DNA of 64,000 nucleotides from Oculina patagonica (Eukaryota): NCBI RefSeq assembly GCF_052425735.1, contig NC_135760.1, positions 14,012,001 to 14,076,000 of the forward strand, read 5' to 3'. Shown piece by piece: positions 1 to 13,137 of this stretch (position 1 is its first letter; each line of letters starts with the position of its first letter). The notes under the pieces were generated by a model. It saw only the letters and a program-made list of their open reading frames with translations, ran no database searches and was not told where the DNA came from. The position numbers and the translations under genes were made by a program.

Positions 1-271
1 TAATTGCGTGTAGTGCTCACGTAAACGGTGACGAAAACTTAAAAGAAGAAACAAGCAAACTTTTTGAGTATTTGATTTCAGACGTGCCTTATGCCTAAAA
101 GTCTTTCAGCATTATGAAAAGATAGATTTTCTTATGTTTAGCTCTTCAAATTCACAGGAAAATCGAGAAAATATGAATAAACTCGTGAATTAGCAGCATG
201 TTGCATCAGATCAGCGCGAGCGGTCAGGTTGAAGGCATACGTCAGCGTACACCTAGTAGACGGTAAATTAA

Positions 272-711
272 GGTGATTCCCTAGTATTGCATTGCGCATC
301 CTTGCTGCGCAGAATTTTACGCGTAATTAGCGCGCATCATAAACAAAATGGCGGCTTTTTCCTACGCGGCTTGGCTCGCGTGAGAGAGAAATCATCGTTT
401 TCTCGTAAACGAGTTCGGTGACCTATCATTTTTTTCTCTTAGTTCGAAAGTAGCGATCAAATTCTTTCTATAAAATGAATGCAGATCAATTTCTATGGCA
501 GAATAATACATTATCACCGAAAATGTATACTGTCAGCGATACTCGCAAAGGAAATATAAGGAATTATATGGCAAATACAAGGTCTGCCTGCTCCTAAACG
601 AATACGGTGATCCCCTTTTTTATTTCAAAATTTAACTTCCCTTGAGGTAAAAAACCAACTGGCAAAGTTTGGTTGGAAATCTATGAGCAGTTCTATTTCT
701 AGGGAATTACC
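272..711. mobile_element. Non-autonomous DNA transposon, TTAA target (Kolobok/piggyBac-like)
   Basis: TTAA|GGTGATTCCCTAG ... CTAGGGAATTACC|TTAA. Confidence 0.7.
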
Positions 712-1306
712 TTAACCAATCAGAGCGCGGGCTTTTCATTAGTTCTGCTACAATACAGGTTAGGTCATCTTTATGGCGTACAAGTAGGGTATTTGTGTTC
801 GTTTTCGCAATGCAATCATAGACTGTGAACAGTCTCTCTTTTGTTTTAAAATCTCTGGAGACAAACGCGAGCGTGGGCAAAGTACACCCGCGCTACTCAA
901 CGTTTTTGGTCTTGCCTCTCGTGCATCTCGCTCGCTCGCTTTCGTCCCCACGGATTTTAAAGCGGTGTTTTGTAATTCCGGTGCTATTTTTAGTTGGATT
1001 CTTGTTAATCGCGGAGCAAAAACGTAAAGCTTAGCTAGAAAGATACGGCCTGTTATAAGTGAACTATTCTTTAAATTTTTCACCCTACAGGAATGAAATA
1101 AGAATGGCTTGCTCAAACAAATCTTAGCGTGGTTTTTCTTTAACATATAGTGTTATTGTTAGGACTTGGGCCTCGATTTTCTATCCTAAAATAGAGTAAG
1201 TTTTTACGAATGTCTCCGTCACATGCTTATCCTTAATTTACTTGACTTCCTTCCCCCCCCCCCTAGAGGGAATGAATGGTGAGTTGTTATTATTTTAACT
1301 GCTCAC

Positions 1307-1547
1307 CCATCTAGCGTATTCCACCAGTTTGCATTACTGCAGGTTGAAGGCTGATTAGCATAAGCTGGTTCACTTGCTGGGCAGCATCTTCCATTCTCGA
1401 TACGTCCAACTCTTTCATCTCCCGGGGTTCGGTCACTTCTGTACAATCCCCTGAGGTACGTGTTACGTTTTGGGCACACAGACCATCCTGCCCTGTCCAG
1501 ACTTGTCACCCAATCAGCTTTGTCACACATACTTTTGTCACTAGGAG
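1307..1547 (-). CDS. Cys/Trp-rich module 3, first exon (partner exon expected left of the window)
   Basis: CDKADWVTSLDRAGWSVCPKRNTYLRGLYR...NANWWNTLDG, then donor GG|gtgagc. Confidence 0.8.
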
Positions 1548-3739
1548 CTACAGGAAAATGTTTATGAATGAAATATTTTCAGTGATTTTTTTCTTTATTT
1601 CAAATTTCGTGTCTTCCTGGTAAACTGGTGTCGCCTAAGAACTTGAACTGGTTTGACATACAATCAAACAAATAATGAAACATTGTTAAAATAAATTCAC
1701 TATCATGTAAACGTTTTGGCCATGTTTTATGGAATCTCTTTTACAAGCATCCAAATAATATGAAAACATCATGCAATAAAATTTTGGACCACAACAGAAA
1801 CAGAAACAGATGCGGACCTTTCAATAAACTTGATTGTTCAGTTGCTATCCTATGTCTCAAGAGGTTTTCAAAGATTTAAGTTTTGCCGCCACAAAGAGTT
1901 TTTGAGCTACATTTTGTTTTTGCCTTAAATCACTACAGATGCTTACAAATTGTTGGAAAAAGGTTGGTTCAAGGGTTCAACAATGACAGGAAAAAAGTCG
2001 CTTTTCCAGCCTTCAAGTGGCCTAATAAAGAGTTAACGATAATTACAAATAATTACTTGTTCTCATCTTGCAGCATTTAAATTTTTCAATGCAGTAAAGT
2101 TCCTCGCAGCTGCTTTTGTAGATGCCGGTCATGTAATATCCCGTCCGTTGACAGTCGCTCCAACCCCTATTGTCGAATGAAGTGGTAACATCTTCGTCGT
2201 AACAGCCGTCATAACCTTCTCCCGGTTCATTAACCGGTCGGCAACACTGTCCTTCTTCAATGTTATACAGTTTTTCTCCACTCGTTTTATAGAGGCCGTT
2301 CAAGAAATAACCGGCGGGGCATAAAGCCCAGACATTATTCCTGTAAAGAACAAAAAAAGAATCGAAAACTTAAACGTAGCGATCAGTACCTGAAATAATT
2401 ACCTGTTCAAAAATATAATTTACGTTTTTTATTCTGATGTACAAATTGGGTATTCGTTTTGTCCGTTTCTTTAATGTACGTAATCCTAGACTGCGAGCAG
2501 TTTGTCTTAACAAAGAGTATAATCAAAAATTAAACGAGCTTACCTGTAAGTGAAGTTTGATTGTGATTTTCCTGAGCCGTTGCGTAGGAACGAAGGGATC
2601 ATGTGAGATGCAAGCTTGCTCGCGCAATCTCACGTGGTCCCGTAGTGACGTCAGCAACGGTGAGGGAGAATTCAGTGTTAGGGTTTGGGTCTCGATCCTC
2701 TATCCTGAAATAAGTTTCCTCCCCCAGGAGTGCCAATCCCCCTTCCGACGGGAGGGGAGTTGGAGGGTTTATTAATAGAGAGGTTAAGCATGACGTTTAC
2801 GGCAAACAGCAAACGGCAAAAATGAAACTTTTGCCGTCTCTCTTCAGTTGTGTCTACAGTAGAGAACTCAAAATCAGAAGTTGTCTTTGCCGTTTTCCGT
2901 CTGCCGTGAACGTCATGCTTAACCTCTCCAAAATTTCAACTACTCACCCGTCTAGAGTAGTCCACCAGTTTGCACCAGTGCAAACTGAAGGCTGGTTAGC
3001 AAAAGCTCTTTCCCAGGGTGTGCAGCATCTTCCAAACTCGATGCGTCCAACTCTTTCATCTCCAATTTTTCGGTCATGTCTCCACAGTCCCTTGAGGTAC
3101 GTGTTGTTTTGTGGGCACACAGACCATCCGCTCCTGTCCAGGCTTACCTGCCAATCAGCTGATTCACACAGGCTTTTGTCACCAGCTAATGGAAAGACAT
3201 TCAGGAACAATACGTTTTCAGTGCTCTGTTGTTTCTTTATTTTACTTTTTGTGTCTGCAAAGTGACGAAGCCTAACCGAGAATTTCCCAAGTATTTTGAA
3301 GGTACGATGGAGTAGTTTGTTACATTTAGCGTCAGTTGTTATTACATTTACGGTTGGTATCACATTTAGCGGAAATACAAGGGTTTTCTAGCTTCATTTT
3401 ATTTTTCCCTTTAACCATTTGTGATGTCCTCTGTCACTAAAGGGTAGCCAGTTTTTAGCTTGACAACACCCTCCTCAAAATATGCGCTGTACCCAGAAAG
3501 GTTATCTTTTGTAGTTGACTGATGCTTATTTGGCCCGGGAATCTTCCAAGATAACTCTCTAGTCCCTTTTTGATAGCTCCAATGATAACTGGTATCGTTT
3601 CCGTTCTCATGCCCCACATTCGGCTTGTTTCGATTTCCAAGTCCTTATATTTGGATAGTTTTTCAGTGACTTTCACGGATGTGTTTCTGTCTGATGGTAC
3701 TGCCATGTCAATAAATTTACAGGTTTTCATTTTGTGGTC

Positions 3740-3784
<45 letters not shown>

Positions 3785-6700
3785 GATCAGCTAGTTTTCG
3801 TTTAGTCCCTAAGTGGCCTAGTTAAAAAGTAAAAAAACAAGTAAAGTAACATTACGTGGTTTCATCCTGCAGCATTTGAGTTTTTCAATGCAGTAAATTT
3901 TATCGCAGTTGCTTTTGTAGAGACCGGTCATGAAGTATCCTTCACGTTGACATTGGTTCCAACCCTTATTATCGAATGACATGGTAACATCTTCGTCGTA
4001 ACAGTCGTAGTATTTGTTATCCGGTTGATTTACAGGTCGGCAACACTGTCCTTCTTCAATGTTATGTAGATCTCCACCATCTGATTTCCTGAGGCCGTTC
4101 AAATAAAAACCGGTGGGACATAAAGCCCAGACATTATTCCTGGAAAAATCATAATAATCGAAAACATTCACAAGTGATCAGCACAAAAGATCATATCAGG
4201 TATTTAAAAACTCCTGATACAATACACGATATGCATACAAGTAGGCTATTCATTTTTCGACTTTTTTGCTTGTTTACAAGCAAAAGGAGGAGAATAGCGG
4301 TTAAGTGGGGTAATCTGAAACCACATTCTTGTTAACTCACAAGGGACTGTTTTAATTTCTCAAGGGAATACTTTCCGCTGTGGGTGTCACTCTATAGTTG
4401 TGCTTCAACACTTCCGTTTTTGTAGAAAAAACGTGACTTAATTGTCAAATTTACAAACGTTATATAACAATTAAAAACGTGAGTAGCCCACATCTTACGT
4501 GACATCACCAATTAAGAATGTGAGGGGTTCAGCGCTCGAAGGCAGCGAAGTTTAAAACGATTAAGAACGCAATTTGTACTGGTACAAGTCTTTAGGCGCT
4601 AATATTAATTTAACCTAAAACGATTAACAACGCAAATTTGTACTGGTACAAGTCTTTCACACACTAAAACGTTGCTAAAAGTTAACCAAAGGGAACTCAT
4701 TTCGTGACAATTGATTATTTCTGCTGAGTTGCACAATTTAGAATTGCAACATTCAATGCAGGTGTGAAGTGATATTTACAAGTGTTTTTGTAGCCGGTTG
4801 TGAAATTACTTCCGGTGGAAGCAGTAAACACTAAAAGTTTTTGCTTCTGTTCAGAAGTTAATGCATCGCCATTAGAAAAAAAAACAGCAATTGTTTTACT
4901 GGAAATATAGTCGTTAGAAATGGCATGTGTAGCCGTAAGGTAAAGAATAACGCGAGGAGAATAGGCTTGTACCGAAAGTGCTCGTAAAAAAAGCATTAAA
5001 TGCTAAAAGAAGTGCTCGTTTTTTTGCCAAAAAAGTGCTAAAATAATGCTAATTTTTTTAAAAAGTGCTCGTGGGTTACATAATAATGCTCACTTTTTCC
5101 GATTTTTTTAAACATAGAATATTACACTTTTCAGATTTTCAGTTAGATTTTTCAACAATAAAATATAACGATCAATGTTTGATGTCAGAGTACGCTCTCG
5201 AGCTATCTCTGCCTTGGCTGGTTGACTTCCATTGTTCCTTGATGACAACGTGGATGACGTCATCTTGGAAGGAGTGTGATGGACTGGGTTTCTAGAAGGC
5301 AATCACTGACGTATCAAACCGATCAAACCTATTCCCCAGGCCTCCTCGGCTCCTTTGACTAAAATGAGGGCATAATGCATCTTTGGACGCCATAAATGAA
5401 GTCAGATTGTGCTTTTTAACACAAAATTATACAAATAATCATTCGAAAATCCAAAATAATGCTTGCAGTGCTTTTTTGGATAAAATGTAAAAAAAAATGC
5501 TCGCGAAGCCAAATAATGCCAAAAAAAGTGCTAGCACTTTCGGTACAAGCCTAGAGGAGAAGCGGCTTTTGGTAATATCCAAACGAAAATTTACTTCTCA
5601 AAGTGGGGTTAAGATTGCGTGACGAGACAAAAGGTAACTCTGTCGTGCGTAACCTTTATCGGGAACCCTACATTAAGCCGAGTAGAAATCTTTCTAACTC
5701 GAAAGGAAACAACTATTTCGATTAAAGGCAAGCGTCAAAGTTTACCATTTTTAAACAAGCCAAAGTATATGAGTTGCAACGCGCCCAGCCGTCGCGACTG
5801 ACAAATACAGCATTTCCTCCGCGAAAATAAAAAAAAAATGCTTGAACTGAAAGACGTTTGAATTCTTCCATGATATGTTCGAACAACAATGCCCAGGATA
5901 AACTTTCTACTCATACTAACTTCATGCAAAAAAGTCGATATCTCGAAGAGATCTTTGATTTTGTTTTCACAGTGTAATTCTAGACTGCGAGTAGTATTCG
6001 CTTGGTTTTCGAGTCTCTATATTGAAATAAGGTCAGGGGTAACTGCTTGTCCTGAATTTACGGGAGTGCTCCAATCCCCCTCCCCCACCTTACGGGAGTG
6101 GGTAAAAGGGTTAAACGTAAACGCTGTCGAACAACAAGAATCGCCGACCTTTCACTTGATGTTACATTATATTGGACGGTTCTCAAATGTAGCACAACAC
6201 AGGATACGCAAGCTTGTAAATAGATTTTGTTAGCCTATTGATATCAAACTTGTTTTTCAACTTTTAAAATTGAGAACCTTTTCAATGTAAAAGATTCTGT
6301 TCCTGATAGTCTCCGCACGCGTGTTGTATACAAATTTTCATGTGCAAGTTGTAATGCTTGTTACATCAATGAAACAAGCCGGCATTTTTTACGCGTGTGC
6401 GCGAGCACTTAACATTGGACAGATCTTCCTTTGTATTCAAACATCTACAGAGTTCAGAGACTTGTCTTGCCTCGTGTTCTACAGACTGCTTTGAGGTTTT
6501 AGACTCTGCATCAACTAGGTATCAAGTTAAGCTAAAAGACGCGATGTACATAAAATGGAAAAAGCCCGACCTGAATCAACAGGTCAAACACATTAACTTA
6601 ACACTTTCTTTGTAGGCGCGCTGACCAAAGGTCTTTTGGCCAGGTGCACGCGCACTTTGTAGTTCCGTTGAAAGTGTAAATAAAATGTTTTCGCGTTAGT

Positions 6701-9700
6701 TATGAAACGTAATATAACGCTCACATTGTACGCTAAATAATTCTACCTTGTAACAACAGCCGTTGCACTCGGTGAAGATGACGAATGTAACCGTCGAAAA
6801 CTCGACCATTTGAATCAGTTATTACTATTATTATTATTATTATTATAACTGCTCACCCATCTAGCGTAGATACCCAGTTTGCATTACTACAGTATGAAGT
6901 CTCATTAGCATAAGCTGGTTCACTTGCTGGGCAGCATCTTCCATACTCAATACGTCCAACTCTTTCATCATCCGGGACTCGGACATTTCTGTACAATCCC
7001 CTGAGGTACGTGTTGCTTTTTGGGCACCTAGACCAACCTGCCCTGTCCAGGCTCGCCTCCCAATCAGCTCGGTCACACTTACTGTTGTCAGCAAATTCTG
7101 CAAGGACGTTCAGGAATGAAATGTTTTCAGCGATGTTTTATTTCTTTATTCAATTTTCGAGTCGTTCTTATTTATCACTTGGTACCATGTCTTTTTCTTT
7201 CTACTGCGGGGGTGGGGGTAGGGTTTGTCTGACGAACTTAAGGCGGAAAAACGAAGGAAAGTGAAAATAGATTTCGTTCGACCATTTTCAACTTCTCCTT
7301 TTTTTTTCTGTTTCGCGGTCGACAGCAAACGAAAAGCAATACTAGATGTAAAAGTAATTCTGCTTGTTATCTTGTCAATAAATAACAAAATGTACACGAA
7401 ATAACAAGAAGCCTAAACATAATACGCTACAAGTGCCCTGTGCTATCCAATGTTCTCAAAACTTTTCTGAACCTAGCATTAAACCAGCCTTACGTACCGA
7501 ACGGTTTACACGATGATGGCTTGAGAAGCTTTGTGCCTCCCTGGCGGAGGAAATCGGACCATTGATATACATTTGCTTCATTCCATTCATCCAGTACACA
7601 CGATCTTGATGTCTCATTAATCGTTGTACCGGTTAGCACGCTATCCCAAACGTTGACATCTGACAACAATCCTTGAAAGGAATCATCGGCCTGAAATCCA
7701 CCACCGACCGAGTCTTGGTCTTGTCCCAACACCAGGGTACCGCTTTGGCTTATTGTGTGACCTCTTTTGAAAGTACTGCCTTCCTTCACTTTTAAGCCGT
7801 CTTTGTAAAACTGCCATGATCCCGAACTGCTTGCCCACGATATACAGATCTGGTGCCACACACCGTCGTTTGCTGTTACGTAAATATCCCTATTAAAAGA
7901 AAATAGTTAGTCACATTTCAGCTCTCGAGTCTTTCGAATTCACCCTAAAAAGCTAAAAATAATTCAAGGCTGTGTTTAAAAAGGCACGCGGAAGAAAATT
8001 TAGTGGTGAACAATAAAGACGATAGAGTGTTTCTGTTACGGAACTATCGGTCTGATTGAAAAATTTGATGTTCTTTAAACTTGTTATGCTTCTCGGTATA
8101 ATAGCGGAGCTCCAGTGCGCGAAGCGCGCCAGCGGAGCACCATGCGTGAGAAATTTTGGAAAACCCACGAGCCCGAGAAAATTCGGTAGTCACATGAGCG
8201 TACGAGCGAGCGAGCGTCTGTACAGACTTTGGGGGAGGGTGAGAGGATTCACAGAGCAACTCTACACTGGAGAAGAGTATGTCATCTTATGCCGTCTTAC
8301 ATCTTCCAGGATCGATATTGGACACCCATGCTGTGGTCAATTGACAGCCGTCAAAATAATGTATCCGCTGACCAGTATCACATGATCAAATCGCGGGCTC
8401 AGTTTTAGAGTGTGGTGTATTTAATACAGAAAACAGTGTGTAAACTCCGAGTTACAACACACACATGGCAAGAACTCAACTAACTCGATCGTACACGGCC
8501 TTCTTGTCACGTGACGACTCTACTAGTCCCAGGACTCCACATTCCTCCCCCCCCCAAGTTCTTAAACAAGCAAGAAAACAAATGTCAACGAGAAAAAAAA
8601 ATTAACGCCTCTGCCCTAAAACTTAAAACTGTTCACGGGGGAGGGAATGAGTCCATTAGTAAAAACGCTGCGGGGGGTTTCTATTCCTCGCTGGGTATCG
8701 CCTGACAGGGGTAGTTGGCCCCGAGTCCCGAACCATTGTTGCACTGGGTGGTTCTCTGTCTCCATGGGCAACCTCGGGGTCATTTACATCAGGTACGGTT
8801 ATCTCTGGATCCACACCTTCCTGCTGCAATGGGCTAGTAATTGGTAATGTGACACCAGGGTTGAAACTTTCTGTGGGTCGAGCTACTAGTTGATCGTGGT
8901 GTCTTCGAACCACAGTTCCATCTTCCAACTCAATTCTCGCAGACAAAGGACCAGTTTCCTGGATGATAGTTCCTGGAATCCACTTGGGGCCTCTGGAGTA
9001 GTTTTGAACATTCCCTGAATCGCCGACTTCCACTTGACGCATTCGGCTATGCTGATCATGCTGTATCTTCTGTCTTGACTGTGCTGCATGTACCCTTGCC
9101 GCTACATCTGGTCGCAGCAGATCGAGATGTGACCTCAGACTTCGTCCCCAGCGTAACTGAGCAGGAGACTCACCCATGGTGCTTTGGGGGGTAATACGAT
9201 AACTTAATAGGAACCGAGCTAACTTGGTCTCGACAGCACCATCACCTTGCTTCTTCATCCCTTGCTTAAACGTCTGCACCGCTCGTTCTACGAGGCCATT
9301 TGATGATGGGTGATAAGGAGCAGAGGAAATGTGCTTGATGCCATTTTTCTGTAGAAATGACTTGAACTCGCTGCTAACAAAATTGGACCCATTGTCTGAC
9401 ACTACAATCTCTGGTAGGCCGTGTGAAGCGAAGGTTGTCCTCAGCTTTTCAATGGTTGCGCTGGAAGTGGCAGAATTCACACAATGGATATCCATCCATT
9501 TAGAATGCGCATCAATAATTAGGAGAAACATCTTGCCCATAAAAGGACCGGCATAATCTACATGTACTCGAGACCAAGGGCGGCCTGGCCATTCCCAAGG
9601 GTGCAACGGTGAACTGGGTGGCTTCTTTTGGTGGCTTTGGCAGGTAACACAGCTTTTCACCTTTTCCTCCAAACGTGAGTCCATTTTCGGCCACCACACA

Positions 9701-12700
9701 TAGCTCCTAGCTAGGCTTTTCATTCTAACAATACCGGGGTGGGACTCATGAAGTATGTTCAACACTTCCTCTCTCCCCTGTGGGGGTATCACGACCCGAG
9801 ATCCCCAAAGTAGGCAGCCAGCATGTACACTCAATTCCTCTCTTCTAGCAAAATAAGGCTTTAGGGCTTCTTCTTCGACTGCCATGGGCCATCCGTGAAG
9901 GACGAACTGCAGAACTTGAGAAAGTACTGGATCACGGGCTGTCCACAACTTCACTTTAGTGGCATCCACTGGGCTGGTGTTGATGGTCTCTAGAAGGTGT
10001 ATAATTGTCCCCTGGGGTGGGCGTGGTCTCTGGAGCAACTGGAAGGGGTAGACGACTGAGGGCGTCTGCGTTTCCATTCTCTTCACCAGGGCGATAAATA
10101 AGCTCATACTCATACGCAAGCAAAGTCAATGCCCATCGCTGCATCCTACTTGAGGCCATTAGAGGTGTGGCTCGTTCAGGGTTAAGCAGCCCCAAAAGTG
10201 GTTTGTGATCTGTGTAGACCTTGAAATGACGTCCAAAAAGAAATTGATGGAACTTCTTCACGGCAAAAACTACAGCTAGTGCCTCTTTATCTAGGTGGCC
10301 ATAGTTCCTCTCTGCTGTGGAGAGTGTTCGTGAGGCATATGCAACTGGTTTCTCTGAGCCATCTTTCATAACATGGGCCAGCACTGCCCCAATACCATAG
10401 GGTGAAGCATCACAAGATACCACCAACTCTTTCTCAGGATCATAATGTACGAGTACACCTGATGATTGAAGTCGATTCTTGGCCTTATCAAACGCCTCTT
10501 GTTGCTCTGTACCCCATTTCCAACAGATATCTTTCCTCAGAAGCTCGTGCAGTGGCTCCAAGGTGGACGATAGGTCGGGCATGAACTTGCCATAGAAGTT
10601 AAGCATCCCTAGAAAGGACTTCAGCTCAGAGGGATTGGTTGGGGTTGGAGCCTCCTTGATGGCCTTCACCTTTGCTTCAACTGGATGGAACCCTTCTGCG
10701 ACAATGCGGTGCCCCAGGCACTCCAAAACGGGCTTCATAAATTGGCACTTTTCAGCTTTGAGCCGCAAGCCGGCATCAGAAAGGCGTCCCAAAACTTTCT
10801 CGATGTTGTCTAGGTGCTCTTTCGTGCTGGGCCCTGTGATAAGGATATTATCTAGCAAGACTCCTGTCGAAGGTATTCCTTGCAGCAAACCCTCCATGGT
10901 TCTCTGGAAGATGCCGGGCGCTGAAGAGACCCCATACGGAAGGCGGTTATATCTAAAAAGGCCTTTATGGGTGTTAATTGTCAAAAACTCCCTTGAGTTC
11001 TCATCCACAAGCATCTGCTCATAAGCATGGCTCAAGTCTAACTCAGTAAACGTTTGACCCCCAGCCAACTTTGTGTATAGATCATCGAGCTTGGGGAAAG
11101 GGTAGCCATCCAATTTCGAGACCTTATTGACGGTAAGCTTGTAATCTCCACAGACTCTTACTGTGCCATCACTTTTCATAACTGGGACAATGGGTGTGGC
11201 CCACTCGGAATATTGAACGGGTTCAATGGTTCCTGCCTTCTCAAGTCTTTCCAGGTCTTGCTCAATTTTCTCCCTGAGAGCATATGGCACTGGTCTGGCT
11301 TTATGGAAAATGGGGGTGGCTGTGGGGTCCACATGGATCTTGGCCTTTGTCCCCTGTAGGGTCCCCAGACCCTCCCCAAATAGCTGTGCATGTTTCTGCA
11401 AAATCTCTCCAAGTCGCTTGTCATGCGAAGTAAGTTGCTTAATCCTTGGCCAATTTAGCTTAATGTCTTCCAGCCAATTCCTCCCCAACAGAGCTGGGCC
11501 TTCTCCACTTACAACTAACAATGGCAAGGAGTATTCGCCCCTTTCATAATGTACATCAACTGTACACACCCCTTCGGGCTTGACCTCTTCCCCAGTGTAT
11601 GTACGAAGGACAATTCCTGATTTCTCCAGTGGCGGTGCCCCGTTTTGTGAGACAAGGTGTTTGTAGGTGCCTTCACTTATCACTGACAATGAAGCCCCTG
11701 TGTCAACTTCCATTTCTAGTGCTTGCCCACCAACACTCAGCTGTACTTTGTATGGCAAAGGTCGTTTACCGCCAAGGGTAAACAAAGAATATGCACCCAC
11801 ACCCTGTTCTCTCCCCATTGCCTCCTCTCCCCCCTCTAGGAGATGGGTATCCTGTGGGGTGTCTGACTTCTTATTAGTACTAGGAGGTGGTAGTTTCCCT
11901 TTCTTTTTGTTCTGGCACACTCGAGATAGGTGACCCAACTTTCCACAAGCATAACATTTCGCATCCTTTAAATGACAGCTTTTGGGGTAGTGATTACCGC
12001 CACAGCGATAACAATTAACTTCGCCACCCTTTTCCACTTTAAAATCGACTTTGTTGAGCGAAGTATCCCCTTCCTGAGGGTCCCCCTTTTGTATCTCCGA
12101 GGCATCCTTATCCGCGGCCTCAATGGCGAGAGCCAGATCGAGCGCTCGCTTCAGGGTTAATTTCGGTTCGGCTAGTGAACGACGCTGTATTCTGATGTCG
12201 TGAACACCACACACAAGCCGATCACGTAGCATTTCATCTAATGTTGCCCCAAATTCACAGTGTTCGGTCAGGTGCCTCAACTCAGCTAAAAACATGGCAA
12301 TTGTCTCACCTGGTTGTTGAGTGCGAGTGTTAAACTTGAATCGTTGTACAATAGCGGAAGGCTTTGGCATGAAATGTTCCTGGGCGAGTTTGGCTAAATC
12401 CTCATAGGTTTTGGTCTTCGGGTCCTCCGGAGCGACCAGACTTCGTATAAGCTTGTAGGTTTTTGCTCCCACGCTAACCAGGGAAATGGATCTTTTTTTG
12501 TCCGGATCGGTTATCTCGTTTGCTTCAAAAAAGTGATTTACACGCTCAGTGTAATGGCGCCAATCTTCCGTTTCGTTGTATTCGTCTAATTTCCCAAATG
12601 TAGGCATTTTCCGTGTAGACTTCGCTTCACTCTAGTCTACCTGGTCGTGGTATTCGATCACGTTCCTCGTCGCCAAAAATGTGGTGTATTTAATACAGAA

Positions 12701-13106
12701 AACAGTGTGTAAACTCCGAGTTACAACACACACATGGCAAGAACTCAACTAACTCGATCGTACACGGCCTTCTTGTCACGTGACGACTCTACTAGTCCCA
12801 GGACTCCACATAGAGCTCATCGAGGTCACGTGTTATTTTGATGTTGACCGCTGACCAGGTAGTGGTATGGCCTTGGATTCGATTGCAGGCTCAAGCCTTA
12901 TTTTTTCTGTCTTGGGTAATAACAAGGAATTTGTTAGCGTAATTTCTGCCATTGGATTTGACGATTTATTTCGGCTATGGAATATTTCTTGAGTCGTTGA
13001 CAGTGTATATTTTCAATGAGAGTATTTTTACAAGTTATTAAGAAGCAGCAAAGCATGAATATGTGGAGCTCCGCTTTTAGGCTTGGCTAAATCTTTATAT
13101 TATCTT

Positions 13107-13137
<31 letters not shown>

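Larger units (their letters stand above)
8411..12810 (-). mobile_element. Ty3/Gypsy (Mag-like) LTR retrotransposon, copy 1, frameshifted
   Basis: Identical 131-bp TG...CA LTRs at 12680-12810 and 8411-8541. 5-bp TSD TAGAG at 8406-8410 and 12811-12815. PBS TGGCGACGAGGA at 12664-12675; PPT at 8542-8555. Confidence 0.97.

Noticed and set aside
9956-10119. Programmed ribosomal frameshift between the two ORFs of copy 1
   Set aside because: Copy 2 has one continuous ORF. The break is a single extra base between RNase H and integrase with no slippery site.
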